Shown here: in pieces, positions 1-9,300 of the stretch
How positions within the stretch are numbered: position 1 is the stretch's first letter
How the letters are laid out: each line of letters begins with the position of its first letter
Origin: a virus
DNA length: 64,000 nt
IMG/VR virus record: IMGVR_UViG_3300036851_000360
Span: 1 to 64,000 of that record
Reading direction: 5' to 3' (one strand)
The notes under the pieces: generated by a model
Databases searched by the model: none
Told to the model about the DNA's origin: nothing
What the model saw: the letters and a program-made list of their open reading frames with translations, nothing else
Program-made: the position numbers and the translations under genes

Positions 1-60
1 AGCACCACGCCATGCGTGCTGATCTTGCCTTCTTTTCCGACTACTGGGAGTGATGCCGAA

Positions 61-417
61 ATGGCGAAGCTGCCTGCGCCGACCAAACTGGGGCCGAAGG
101 CCCGCAAGGTCTGGACAGAGATCACCGGCGTCTACGACCTGCGCACCGACGAGCTGCTCGTGCTCGAGGATTGCTGCCGCGAGATTGACATTGTGGAGCG
201 GCTCGAGGAGGAGTTCCGTGACGCCCCGACGATGGTGAAGGGGTCGATGGGGCAGCTGGTGGCGTCGCCGATGCTGCAGGAGTTGCGCCAACATCGCGCC
301 GTCGTGGCCCGTCTGTTGAAGCAGCTGAACCTGCCGGACGAGGACGGCCGCCAGGGGCAGAGCACGTCGGATTTGGCGCGCAAGGCCGCGAACGCGCGCT
401 GGAGCCGTGGCGCGTAG
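61..417 (+). CDS. terS: Terminase small subunit (P27-like)
   Basis: ATG at 61 after GGGAG; VKGSMGQLVASP...ELRQHR and ARKAANARW motifs typical of actinophage TerS; overlaps terL. Confidence 0.85.
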   Translation: MAKLPAPTKLGPKARKVWTEITGVYDLRTDELLVLEDCCREIDIVERLEEEFRDAPTMVKGSMGQLVASPMLQELRQHRAVVARLLKQLNLPDEDGRQGQSTSDLARKAANARWSRGA

Positions 418-2158
418 CCGCCTCGCGCGGAGCGATGACTTTGACGAGCTCGCCGAGATCGAGGCCTGGTACCGCCACGAACTGGCTCAGCCGGCGGCGC
501 TACCGGAGCTGGCGTGGGAGCCAGTGCGGATCGGCCCTACGTGGCAGATCGAGAACGGCCGCTGGGTGCTGCCTGAGCACACACTCGGCTGGGGCGTGCT
601 GGCCTGGCACGGTCGGTGGTTGCAGCAGTCGCGGGGGATCCCGTGGCGCCACACCCTCGAACAGGCGCGGTTCATCCTGTGGTGGTACGCCGTCCAGCCA
701 GACGGCCGTTTCGTCTACCGGGATGGCGTGTTCCAGCGCCTCAAGGGGCACGGCAAGGACCCGATCGGCGCCTGCTTGAGTCTCGGCGAGATGCTCGGCC
801 CCGTTCGCGTTGTCGACTGGGTGCGGGGCCAGCCGGTGGGCGGGGACGTCGAGGCAGCGTGGGTGCAGACCGCAGCTGTGTCGCTCGAGCAGACGAAGAA
901 CACGATGCGCCTGCTGCCGGGCCTGGTAACGGCTGAGGCGCGGCTGAAGTTCGGGCTGCAGCCGGGTAAGGAGCAGGCGTACGCGCTCGGGGATCAGCGG
1001 TTCATGCAGGCGGTGACGTCGTCGCCGTCCACGCTTGAGGGTGCGCGGTCGACGTTTGTGCTGATGAACGAGACCCACCACTGGTTGGAGAACAACCAGG
1101 GCCATGAGATGGCCGCGGTGATCGAGCGAAACAGCACGAAGTCCGCTGGTGGCGCTGCTCGCACGTTGCGGATCACGAACGCGTTTGAGCCCGGCGAGGA
1201 TTCGGTCGCGGAGATGGACCGCGAGTTGTGGGAGAAGGTCCAGTCCGGTGAGGCCGTGGACGTCGGCCTGCTGTACGACTCGCTGGAAGCACCGCCTGAG
1301 GCTCCACTGACTGCTGAGGCCGCACCGTCGGTGGTGGAGGCGATCCGCGGGGATTCGGTGTGGCTGGACACGACGAGCATCGTCAAGTCGATCCTGGACA
1401 TCCGGAATCCGCCGTCCCGTTCGAGGCGGTTCTGGTACAACCAGATCGTCGCCGCCGAGGACGCGTGGGCGGATCCGCTGCAGTGGGACGCGTTGGCTGC
1501 GGCGGGCCAGTTGGTGTTGCCGAACGAGCCGATCGTGGCGTTCTTCGACGGCTCCAAGTCGGACGACACCACGGGCCTGGTGGGCTGCAGGCTGTCCGAT
1601 GGGCATGTGTTCGTGATCGACGCGTGGGCGAAACCGGCGGGTGAGCGGGGCAAGGGCTGGGTCGTGCCGCGGGCGTCGGTCGATGAGGCTGTGACGGCGA
1701 TGTTCGACGCCTACAAGGTGGTCGCGTTCTTCGCGGACCCGTCGGACACCCGTGATGACACGGGTGAGCGGTTCTGGGAGCCGCTGGTCGACGATTGGCA
1801 TCAGCGGTATGGGCCGCAGTTGAAGTTGTGGTCGGTGCAGTCGGGGGATCGCCGGCACGCGATCGCCTGGGATATGCGCTCGGTTGAGCGGCAGAAGTTG
1901 TTCACGGAGGCTGCGGAGCGGTTCAGCGCGGAGATGGCGGCCCGGCTGTTTACCCATGATGGGGATCTGCGGCTCCGGCAGCACGTACGGAACGCCCGCC
2001 GCAGGCCGAACAAGTACGGCGTATCGCTGGGCAAGGAGCATCGTGAATCGGCCCGCAAGGTCGACTTGGCGGTGTGCGCGGTGGGCGCTCGGATGCTGCG
2101 CCGGCTGGTGCAGAACAAGGACACGTCGACGAAGCAGCGCTCCGGTCGTGTCTGGTGA
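407..2158 (+). CDS. terL: Terminase large subunit
   Basis: Walker A-like RLKGHGKD, Walker B VLMNETHHW, nuclease motifs FFDGSKSDDTT and KVDLAVC; 583 aa. Confidence 0.95.
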   Translation: MARSRLARSDDFDELAEIEAWYRHELAQPAALPELAWEPVRIGPTWQIENGRWVLPEHTLGWGVLAWHGRWLQQSRGIPWRHTLEQARFILWWYAVQPDGRFVYRDGVFQRLKGHGKDPIGACLSLGEMLGPVRVVDWVRGQPVGGDVEAAWVQTAAVSLEQTKNTMRLLPGLVTAEARLKFGLQPGKEQAYALGDQRFMQAVTSSPSTLEGARSTFVLMNETHHWLENNQGHEMAAVIERNSTKSAGGAARTLRITNAFEPGEDSVAEMDRELWEKVQSGEAVDVGLLYDSLEAPPEAPLTAEAAPSVVEAIRGDSVWLDTTSIVKSILDIRNPPSRSRRFWYNQIVAAEDAWADPLQWDALAAAGQLVLPNEPIVAFFDGSKSDDTTGLVGCRLSDGHVFVIDAWAKPAGERGKGWVVPRASVDEAVTAMFDAYKVVAFFADPSDTRDDTGERFWEPLVDDWHQRYGPQLKLWSVQSGDRRHAIAWDMRSVERQKLFTEAAERFSAEMAARLFTHDGDLRLRQHVRNARRRPNKYGVSLGKEHRESARKVDLAVCAVGARMLRRLVQNKDTSTKQRSGRVW

Positions 2159-2344
2159 CTACGAGTTCGCCCGGGCTACGGCCTCGGCCTCGGCGGGGAA
2201 CGCCTGGATGTACAGCCTCGTGATGTAGATCCGTCGCTCGGTTCGCCGGCGTCGGATCCACGCCCACTGCGGGAGTACTGCGAGCTGGGCTTGCCAGTAG
2301 TTGAACCGACTCTGCCAGAACCTGACCACAGCTTCGTCGTCCAC
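2159..2344 (-). CDS. Small antisense hypothetical protein (moron-like)
   Basis: Fills the gap after terL; GTG at 2344 lies 6 nt after a TACGAT -10-like hexamer (leaderless). Confidence 0.5.
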   Translation of the reverse strand: MDDEAVVRFWQSRFNYWQAQLAVLPQWAWIRRRRTERRIYITRLYIQAFPAEAEAVARANS

Positions 2345-2367
2345 GCCCGAATCGTAGGAGAGCACCT

Positions 2368-2697
2368 ATGGCTGCGCTGACCGCCACCACCCTCACTCAC
2401 ACGGCGGCTGTGTCATGGCCGGCGTCGCCCGGCGTTGCAGCCGCGGCGGCGAACGGGGACACGATCCCGAACGGCGGCGAAACGATCCTGGTCATGAACA
2501 ACACAGCTGGGGCGTCGGCGACGGTGACGGTCCGGACGACGGTGAACGTGGATGGGTTGACGGCGCCGGTGCGGACGTTCACGGTGCCTGCGAACACGAT
2601 CCAGCTGGTGAAGCTGGGTCCGGTGTCGGTGTACGGGTCGTCGACGCGGGTGGATTGTTCGGCGACCTCGGTGCAGCTCGCCGCGTACGCGCTCTGA
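2368..2697 (+). CDS. Small beta-rich virion protein (decoration-like)
   Basis: GGAGAG RBS; T/V/A-rich alternating pattern; lies in the head operon. Confidence 0.6.
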   Translation: MAALTATTLTHTAAVSWPASPGVAAAAANGDTIPNGGETILVMNNTAGASATVTVRTTVNVDGLTAPVRTFTVPANTIQLVKLGPVSVYGSSTRVDCSATSVQLAAYAL

Positions 2698-2730
2698 CCT
2701 GCCGTTACCTGCCCGGGAGGAGGGTGAGAC

Positions 2731-3042
2731 GTGGCTGTGCATGTGGTCGCGGATAACCAGGTTGGTGTGCACAACTTGGCGTTGGCGGCGGGCACCGTGG
2801 AGGTCGTCCAGTTCGGTCAGGACGCCGACCAGGTCGAGGTCATCCAGATTTCCGGTGCTGACCCGGTGTATTTCACTACGGACGACTCAACCCCCAGTGT
2901 GCCGTCGGCGGGTGCGCCGTCGGCGTGCTACAGCACTCTGGCGCCGCTGCTTCCGGTGCTGCTGGATCCGCGGACGTGGCGGGCCACCAGTATCCGGCTG
3001 ATCTGCGCTTCGGCGGCGGTCGTGTCGGTTGTGCGTGCGTGA
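2731..3042 (+). CDS. Small beta-rich virion protein (decoration-like)
   Basis: GAGG RBS; stop overlaps the portal start; V-rich beta pattern. Confidence 0.55.
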   Translation: MAVHVVADNQVGVHNLALAAGTVEVVQFGQDADQVEVIQISGADPVYFTTDDSTPSVPSAGAPSACYSTLAPLLPVLLDPRTWRATSIRLICASAAVVSVVRA

Positions 3043-4490
3043 TGCTGACCCCTGAGGGTGCGCGTGCCCTGGTCAAGGACGAACTGTTCAAGGGCTGGGA
3101 GAAGGAGCGCGAGCACCTCGACCGGATCGACAAGTGGTTCCGGTGGGAGCAGGAACGTGTCCAGTTGCCGCGGAAGGCGACGTTGGAGCACAAGCAGCTT
3201 GCGGAGTTGGCGAAGGTTCCGTGGCTGTCGTTGATTGTGACGGCGTGCGCGCAGGCCTTGTATGTGGACGGTTACCGGTCGGAGCTGGACCAGACCGATG
3301 AGGACGAGGCCGACGGTGAGGCGTCGGCGATGTCGCGGCCGTGGCGGGCATGGCTGGCGAACGGCATGGACCGCCGCCAGACCGCGGTGCACCGGGCTGC
3401 GCTGGGCTACGGCTACTCCTTCGTGAAGGTGTTGCCGGGTGAGGACCCGCTTTCGGGGCGGGACATGTCCGTCATCCGCGGTGTCTCCCCGCGGAAGATG
3501 TACGCGTTGTGGGAGGACGCCGCGGAGGACGACTGGCCGCGGTACACGCTGCAGGTGGTCGAGTCGACCCGCAACGGCAAGCACCTGGTGAAGGTGCTCG
3601 ATGACACGGCGGAGCACACGCTCGAGGTGGACGACCACGGCGACAAGGTCACCTACCTGGGTGTGCCGCGCGTGCACGATGCGGGGGTGTGCCCGGTGGT
3701 GCGGTACGCCAACATGCTGGATCTGGAGGGGCGCAGCCCTGGCGAGATCGAGCCGCATATCCCGAACGCGGCCCGGATCAACAAGACTGCCTACGACCGG
3801 CTGTTGGTGCAGCACTTCAACTCGTGGAAGGTCCGCACGATCGCCGGCCTGCAGGAACCGGAAGCTGGCGACGACTCGGCGCTGACGAAGCTGCAGCTGC
3901 GGCAGGACGACATCTTGATCGCCGAGGACGCGGACACCAAGTTCGGCACCTTGGACGAGACCACCCTCGATGGGTTCATATCTGCTCACCGCGCTGATGT
4001 GGAGACCCTGGCCGCGGTGTCGCAAACCCCGACCCACGAGCTGACCGGGCAGATGGCCAACCTCTCCGCGGAAGCTTTGGCCGCCGCGCGGGCGAGCCTC
4101 AACCAAAAGGTGACGGAGCGGCAGAAGTCCTTTGGCGCCTCGCACTCGCAGGTGCTGCGCCTCGCTGCGGCGTTGGAGAACGACGAGACCTATGCCACGG
4201 ACCCGACCGGTCGGGTGACCTGGCAGGACATGGAGATTCGTTCCATGTCCCAGGCCGCCGACGCGCTGGGGAAGCTCGCGGAGATGTTGGGGGTGCCCCC
4301 AACAGCGCTCTGGGCGATGATCCCGGGCGTCGAGAAGACCGACGTTACCGAATGGATCAAGCTCGCCGAGCAGGGCGACCCGATCTCGAAGATGCAGCAG
4401 CAGCTTGAGCGGCAGCGCATCACCACCGAGGCCAAGGCCCGCGCTGCCGCTCAACCGGCGCGGCCAGCGAGCAATGGCGTCAACGCCTGA
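3042..4490 (+). CDS. Portal protein (SPP1 gp6-like)
   Basis: TGATG overlap; HRAALGYGYSF, GVCPVVRY and NLSAEAL motifs; position after terL. Confidence 0.92.
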   Translation: MLTPEGARALVKDELFKGWEKEREHLDRIDKWFRWEQERVQLPRKATLEHKQLAELAKVPWLSLIVTACAQALYVDGYRSELDQTDEDEADGEASAMSRPWRAWLANGMDRRQTAVHRAALGYGYSFVKVLPGEDPLSGRDMSVIRGVSPRKMYALWEDAAEDDWPRYTLQVVESTRNGKHLVKVLDDTAEHTLEVDDHGDKVTYLGVPRVHDAGVCPVVRYANMLDLEGRSPGEIEPHIPNAARINKTAYDRLLVQHFNSWKVRTIAGLQEPEAGDDSALTKLQLRQDDILIAEDADTKFGTLDETTLDGFISAHRADVETLAAVSQTPTHELTGQMANLSAEALAAARASLNQKVTERQKSFGASHSQVLRLAAALENDETYATDPTGRVTWQDMEIRSMSQAADALGKLAEMLGVPPTALWAMIPGVEKTDVTEWIKLAEQGDPISKMQQQLERQRITTEAKARAAAQPARPASNGVNA

Positions 4491-5451
4491 GGGCCGCCGC
4501 CTCACCGAGGAACACCGGCTCGCGCAGCAGCAGGTACGGGACGGGTTCCTCGCCGAGTTCATCGCCTTGTGGGTACTGCTGGACTCGGCCCGGCTGGACG
4601 AAACCGGACCTGGTTGGATCCGCGCGGTGACGCGGGCGGTTCAGGTGTTCCGGCTGCGGTCGGCTGAGGTGGCGACTCGTTACTACTGGGACTTCCGCGC
4701 AGCCGAGGCCCCCGCGCCGCCTGCGCGGCCACGCCTGGAATTGTCACCGGAACGGGCAACCCGGCCGGAGACTCCGCCACCCCCGTCTGCACCCAACACG
4801 GGGCGACCCCCTCGGCGTCGCCCGGATGGATCTCAGTCGCGGCGGGCTGCACCGGATGTGATCCCGTCTCCGCGCCGGTCTGAGGTGCGGTTCGAGTTTG
4901 ACGAGTCGCTGTTCCGTCCAGATGAGCGTCGCACCCGGATCGAGATCCCGGACATCGACTGGACGCCGCGGGACCGGGCGACCGAGGTGTCGCTGATCGT
5001 GACCGGGCCGGTGGGGCAGAAGTCGAAGCGGTCCCGCGGGAAGTCCGAGACGGTGGCGCGGGACGAGTCGTTCGTGGAAGCCGCAGGCGCAGCGTCGCGG
5101 CAGGTGCTCACCGGTGGCCGGCAGAGCCTGCTGACGCTGCTCGACGACGATCCGCAGGTGCGCGGCTGGATCCGGGTCACCGACGGAGATCCGTGTGCGT
5201 TCTGCGCGATGCTCGCCTCCCGCGGCCCGGTGTTCAAGTCGCAGGAGTCGGCCGGGTTCTCCGCGCACGACCACTGCGCCTGCACCGCCGAGCCCGTCTA
5301 TTACAACGACGCACCCTGGCCTGGTCGGGCGGCGGAGTTCCGTCGGCTGTGGCGTGAGCACATTGAGGGCCGATTCTCGGGTGCGGACGCACGCCGGGAG
5401 TGGCGGCGGTTGTACGAGCGGCTGCAGCGCGAGGCCCGGCAGATCGCCTAG
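4474..5451 (+). CDS. Capsid maturation / MuF-like head protein
   Basis: WIRVTDGDPCAFCAMLASRG...HDHCAC motif; lies between portal and scaffold. Confidence 0.8.
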   Translation: MASTPEGRRLTEEHRLAQQQVRDGFLAEFIALWVLLDSARLDETGPGWIRAVTRAVQVFRLRSAEVATRYYWDFRAAEAPAPPARPRLELSPERATRPETPPPPSAPNTGRPPRRRPDGSQSRRAAPDVIPSPRRSEVRFEFDESLFRPDERRTRIEIPDIDWTPRDRATEVSLIVTGPVGQKSKRSRGKSETVARDESFVEAAGAASRQVLTGGRQSLLTLLDDDPQVRGWIRVTDGDPCAFCAMLASRGPVFKSQESAGFSAHDHCACTAEPVYYNDAPWPGRAAEFRRLWREHIEGRFSGADARREWRRLYERLQREARQIA

Positions 5452-5711
5452 TCGGCTGGCGCTCCAGGGGCGTGACCGAACTCCTCGTGATACCGGCGCA
5501 GCCAGGCGGCGTAGTCCTTGGCGTACTGCGCGGTCTCGCGTTCGTAGCGCTCTTGCTCGTGCCGGTTGAACCGCGCGGTGTCTAGCGAGATCAGGATCCA
5601 GACGGGGATCCACAGGCCGACGGTGATCAGGATCAGGATCACGTGCAGGCCCGCGAGGTCTGGGCGCTGACGTGGCGGCAGGGGTCGGGTCGGCGGCGGC
5701 CCCATCGGCAT
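5448..5711 (-). CDS. Antisense small membrane protein (moron)
   Basis: Hydrophobic LHVILILITVGLWIPVWILISL segment; converges on the MuF-like gene stop. Confidence 0.65.
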   Translation of the reverse strand: MPMGPPPTRPLPPRQRPDLAGLHVILILITVGLWIPVWILISLDTARFNRHEQERYERETAQYAKDYAAWLRRYHEEFGHAPGAPAD

Positions 5712-5840
5712 GGTCACGTCCCCAGCGTCGCCCGAATCTGACTGATCGTTACCTGACTTCCGCCTGACGCAGGTGGATCTAGCGCTTCGGCGTAAGGCCG
5801 TGGGGCTGTTCGTAGTACCCGCAATGGGAAGGACGCCGTA

Positions 5841-6416
5841 ATGGCTGACGAGCACGACCAGAGCGACAACGAGTTAGACGGCATCAGGGACGACGAGGCG
5901 AAGCAGCTGCTCGCCGCCGCCGACGCACCGCCCGACCAGCCCGAGAAGCCCGATGTGGTGGACAAGGACTGGCAGGCCGAAGCCGAGAAGTGGCGCGGTT
6001 TGTCTCGCAAGAACGAGAAGTCGTTCAAGGACACCGCCGCGAAGCTCAAGCAATACGAGGACGCGAACAAGACAGAGTTGCAGCGCCTGCAAGAGGAACG
6101 CGACTCTGGCATGACCCGCGCCGAGAAGGCCGAGGCTGCGCTGAAGCGGCGGGAACTCGCCGAACAGTTCGCCCCCGAGCACGCCACGGTCGCACAGATT
6201 AAGGCTGTCGCGAAGCGGCTGTCCGGCGCGGACGACGACGAGCTCGAGGCGGACGCGAAGGAACTGTTCGAGCTCATCGCACCGGAACCGAAGGCGGCCC
6301 CGAAGGTCGCCGGTGCCCGGCCGAAGGAACGCCTGAAGGGCGGCTCTGAACCGGATGAAGCGCCCGAGGTCACGGACCCACGGAAGCTCGCGGACCTGAT
6401 CCCACGGCGCCGTTAA
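5841..6416 (+). CDS. Capsid scaffolding protein
   Basis: Acidic coiled coil, WQAEAEKWRGLSRKNE and KTELQR motifs; directly upstream of the capsid gene. Confidence 0.85.
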   Translation: MADEHDQSDNELDGIRDDEAKQLLAAADAPPDQPEKPDVVDKDWQAEAEKWRGLSRKNEKSFKDTAAKLKQYEDANKTELQRLQEERDSGMTRAEKAEAALKRRELAEQFAPEHATVAQIKAVAKRLSGADDDELEADAKELFELIAPEPKAAPKVAGARPKERLKGGSEPDEAPEVTDPRKLADLIPRRR

Positions 6417-6481
6417 CTAACCCCCGCTCGGCCAGCCACAGAGGCCGGTAGCGGTTCATCAACGCTCCCCAGGAGGTTTCT

Positions 6482-7696
6482 GTGGCTTCAACATTCATTA
6501 AGGCGGAGAAGATCGCCGCGCAGGCTCTCGGCCTTCTGGAGCGGGAGATCATCATCCCGGCTCTGGTGTGGCGCGACGCCGGCGGCAGCTTCCAGGGCGC
6601 GGCCGGTGACACCATCACGATCCGGGTGCCAGCCCGCACCCAGGCCCGCACCCGCCCGCTGCGCGGGACCCGCCCGACCACCTCCGAGGGTGCGGGCATC
6701 ATCACGATGGACGAGCTGACCGAGACCTCGGTCGACGTCACGCTCGACACCGCGGTCTACTCGGCGGTGCCGATCACCGATGAGGAGCTGTCGCTCGACA
6801 TCTCCGACTTCGGCGCGCAGATCGCGGAGCCGCAGGTTCGGGCGGTCGCCGAGGGCATCGAGAACGCGGTGGTCGCGGAGATGACCGGCGCGACCTATGC
6901 GACCACGCTCACCCTGGACACCTCGCAGCCGTACAAGACGGTCGTCGACGCCCGGGTGGCGTTGAACAAGGCGAACGTTCCGATGTCGGAGCGGGTGCTG
7001 GTGGTCGGCGCGGACCTTGAGGGGATCTTCCTGAAGTCCGACGAGCTGCACCAGGCGGACAAGGCTGGTACCGACTCGGCGCTGCGTGACGCCACCATCG
7101 GGTCGCTGGCCGGGTTCAACCGGGTCGTCGTGTCCAACGCGCTCCCTGCGAATGTGGGGTTCGCGTTCCACCGCACCGCGTACGTGCTCGGTATGCGTTC
7201 CCCGCTGGTGCCGGACGGCGCCACCTACGGTGCGTCGCGTAACGCGTTCGGTCTCGCTATGCGGTGGATCCGTGACTACGACTTCCGCAACGTGCAGGAC
7301 CGGTCGCTGTTCGACACCTACATCGGAACGAACGTGGTTGCGGACGGCGCCGACGAGGTCCAGACGGTGACGATCACCGGCACCCCGACGGGTGGCACGT
7401 TCACCCTGACCTGGAGTGGGCAGACCACCGCGGCGATCGCCTACAACGCCACTGCGGCGGCGGTGCAGTCGGCGCTGCTGGCGCTGTCGAACATGCCGGA
7501 GTCGTATGTGTCCGTGACCGGTGGTCCTGGCCCTGGCACTCCGTATTCGGTGCGGTTCGCCGACGGCGCCAACGTCGCCCAGATGACTGCCTCGGGTGCC
7601 GGCCTCACCGGCGGTACGAGCCCCGCCGTGGCGGTCGCGACCGCCACGGGTGGCGGGTCGGCGACGCTGGTCCGCGCGGTCAAGATCACGGTCTGA
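6482..7696 (+). CDS. Major capsid protein (P22 coat-like, HK97 fold) with inserted Ig-like domain
   Basis: AGGAGG RBS; GDTITIRVP, ITDEELSLDI and RWIRDYD motifs; DEVQTVTITGTPTGGTFTL domain near the C-terminus. Confidence 0.9.
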   Translation: MASTFIKAEKIAAQALGLLEREIIIPALVWRDAGGSFQGAAGDTITIRVPARTQARTRPLRGTRPTTSEGAGIITMDELTETSVDVTLDTAVYSAVPITDEELSLDISDFGAQIAEPQVRAVAEGIENAVVAEMTGATYATTLTLDTSQPYKTVVDARVALNKANVPMSERVLVVGADLEGIFLKSDELHQADKAGTDSALRDATIGSLAGFNRVVVSNALPANVGFAFHRTAYVLGMRSPLVPDGATYGASRNAFGLAMRWIRDYDFRNVQDRSLFDTYIGTNVVADGADEVQTVTITGTPTGGTFTLTWSGQTTAAIAYNATAAAVQSALLALSNMPESYVSVTGGPGPGTPYSVRFADGANVAQMTASGAGLTGGTSPAVAVATATGGGSATLVRAVKITV

Positions 7697-7699
7697 CCG

Positions 7700-8149
7700 G
7701 TGCTCCCGCTCGCGACGATCCCCGAACTCGAGGCGCGTCTCGGGCGGGTACTCACCGGGGCCGAGCTCGACCGGGCCAACGGATTGCTCGACGACGCCTC
7801 CGCCCTGGTGCGGGACGTTGCGGGCAAGACCTGGATCGACCCCGGCACCGGGCTTCTGGAGCCGGTGCCGGGGTCGATCCGATGGGTGGTGTTGCGGGCC
7901 GCCGAGCGTGCCATCCGGAACCCGCAAGGGTTCTCCTCGGAGTCGGCCGGTGACTACTCGTATCAGCGCACCGGGGTCGAACCCGGGGTGTACCTCACCG
8001 AAGGTGAGGAGAAGGCCATCCGGAAGGCCATCGGCAAGACCGGGTTGTGGACGCAGCCGGTGACCCGCGGCGACGAGTACCTGCACACCGTGTGGGGTGA
8101 GGACCAGTTCGGGGCTGAGCTGTTCCCGCTCGACGTCTACCGAGACTGA
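7700..8149 (+). CDS. Head-to-tail adaptor
   Basis: LATIPELEARLG...LLDDASALVR...RNPQGFSSESAGDYSY motif; position after the capsid gene. Confidence 0.85.
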   Translation: MLPLATIPELEARLGRVLTGAELDRANGLLDDASALVRDVAGKTWIDPGTGLLEPVPGSIRWVVLRAAERAIRNPQGFSSESAGDYSYQRTGVEPGVYLTEGEEKAIRKAIGKTGLWTQPVTRGDEYLHTVWGEDQFGAELFPLDVYRD

Positions 8150-8163
8150 ACGGGGGGTCGGCC

Positions 8164-8508
8164 GTGCTGCTTGATCATGGCCCGCACACCGTGCAGATCT
8201 GGATGGAAGAGGAGATCACCGACTCCCGCGGCAACGTCGTCCGCCGACCTGTTGCGGATCCGGTGACCGTGACCGGATGTCTGGTGCATCCAGTGGCTTC
8301 CACCCGGGGTGCGTTCAGCGCGATCGATGTCCGGCAGGGCCAGCGTGTCGACGCCTCGTGGCGGCTGATGGCCCGCGACGCACCGCTCGGCTGGTGGTCG
8401 AAGGTCGAGTTCGACGGCAAGACGATGACAGTGCTGGGTGGGCCGCTCGTCTACACCATGTCCGACGGCACCCGGCACGTGTCCGCGACCCTGCAAGAGG
8501 AGCGCTGA
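8164..8508 (+). CDS. Head-to-tail stopper
   Basis: DSRGN motif and beta-rich C-terminus; synteny. Confidence 0.75.
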   Translation: MLLDHGPHTVQIWMEEEITDSRGNVVRRPVADPVTVTGCLVHPVASTRGAFSAIDVRQGQRVDASWRLMARDAPLGWWSKVEFDGKTMTVLGGPLVYTMSDGTRHVSATLQEER

Positions 8509-8509
8509 C

Positions 8510-8800
8510 ATGGCCATCGTCTATGCCTTCGCCACCGACGAGTACTTCGCGAAGCTGCCGGGTGTGCGGGGCGAGATCCGCAGCACCGCAAACGCTGGCG
8601 CGGGGCGGGCTGAGGCGATCCTGGCCGCGCACCGCGCCGAGGGGCACTCCCAGATCACCGTTACCCACGGCGGTCTCGACTACTTCGTCAGCCTGGACGA
8701 CACCCGCGGGGATCACGCCGCGGCAGCGATCGAGTATGGCCGTCGTGGTGGCAGGTCCGGGCGCACCGCCGGGATTCACGCGCTGCGGGGCGCGTTCTGA
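8510..8800 (+). CDS. Neck/connector protein (DUF5403-like)
   Basis: AEAILAAHR...DYFVSLDD...AAAIEYGR motif; synteny. Confidence 0.7.
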   Translation: MAIVYAFATDEYFAKLPGVRGEIRSTANAGAGRAEAILAAHRAEGHSQITVTHGGLDYFVSLDDTRGDHAAAAIEYGRRGGRSGRTAGIHALRGAF

Positions 8801-9228
8801 TGCCCCGTTTCGCTGTCGACTACCTCGACGTTCTCACCACTCTGCTGCGCGCTGAGCTGCCCGGGGTGAAGGTGATGACTCGGATCCCGGACCACATCAC
8901 CGAGCACCTACCGCTGGTTGTGATCCGCCGCGTGGGTGGTGATTCCCCAGCTCCGGAGTTCTTCGACCAGCCGTGGATCAACGTGCAGTGCTGGTGTGAA
9001 GACGACCGGGCCTCCGGCGTTGATGCCTTTCGACTCGCCGCGAACCTCGCCGACGACGTGCGCCGCGTGCTGTGGACGGCGTACCGCACCCAGCAAGTGA
9101 TCCACGGCTTGGGGTGGATCGGCTGGATCCGGGAAACCTCTGGGCCGCAAGAGGTCTCCGACCCTGACCTCGTGTTCTTGGGTCGCTACTCGGCCACGTA
9201 CGAGCTGCGCATCCGTTCCGCGGCCTGA
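8800..9228 (+). CDS. Tail terminator
   Basis: LPLVVIRRVGG motif; precedes the major tail protein. Confidence 0.75.
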   Translation: MPRFAVDYLDVLTTLLRAELPGVKVMTRIPDHITEHLPLVVIRRVGGDSPAPEFFDQPWINVQCWCEDDRASGVDAFRLAANLADDVRRVLWTAYRTQQVIHGLGWIGWIRETSGPQEVSDPDLVFLGRYSATYELRIRSAA

Positions 9229-9300
9229 TCGCTTCCCCTGTTCCACGTCTCCGCTCCCCGGGGCGTGGCCCTTGTCATGCCCTGCTGAAAGGACGCCATT

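Noticed and set aside
1-20. agcac...gtgct inverted repeat at the window start as a cos end
   Set aside because: Only a 5-bp stem, and the true genome end cannot be seen from this window
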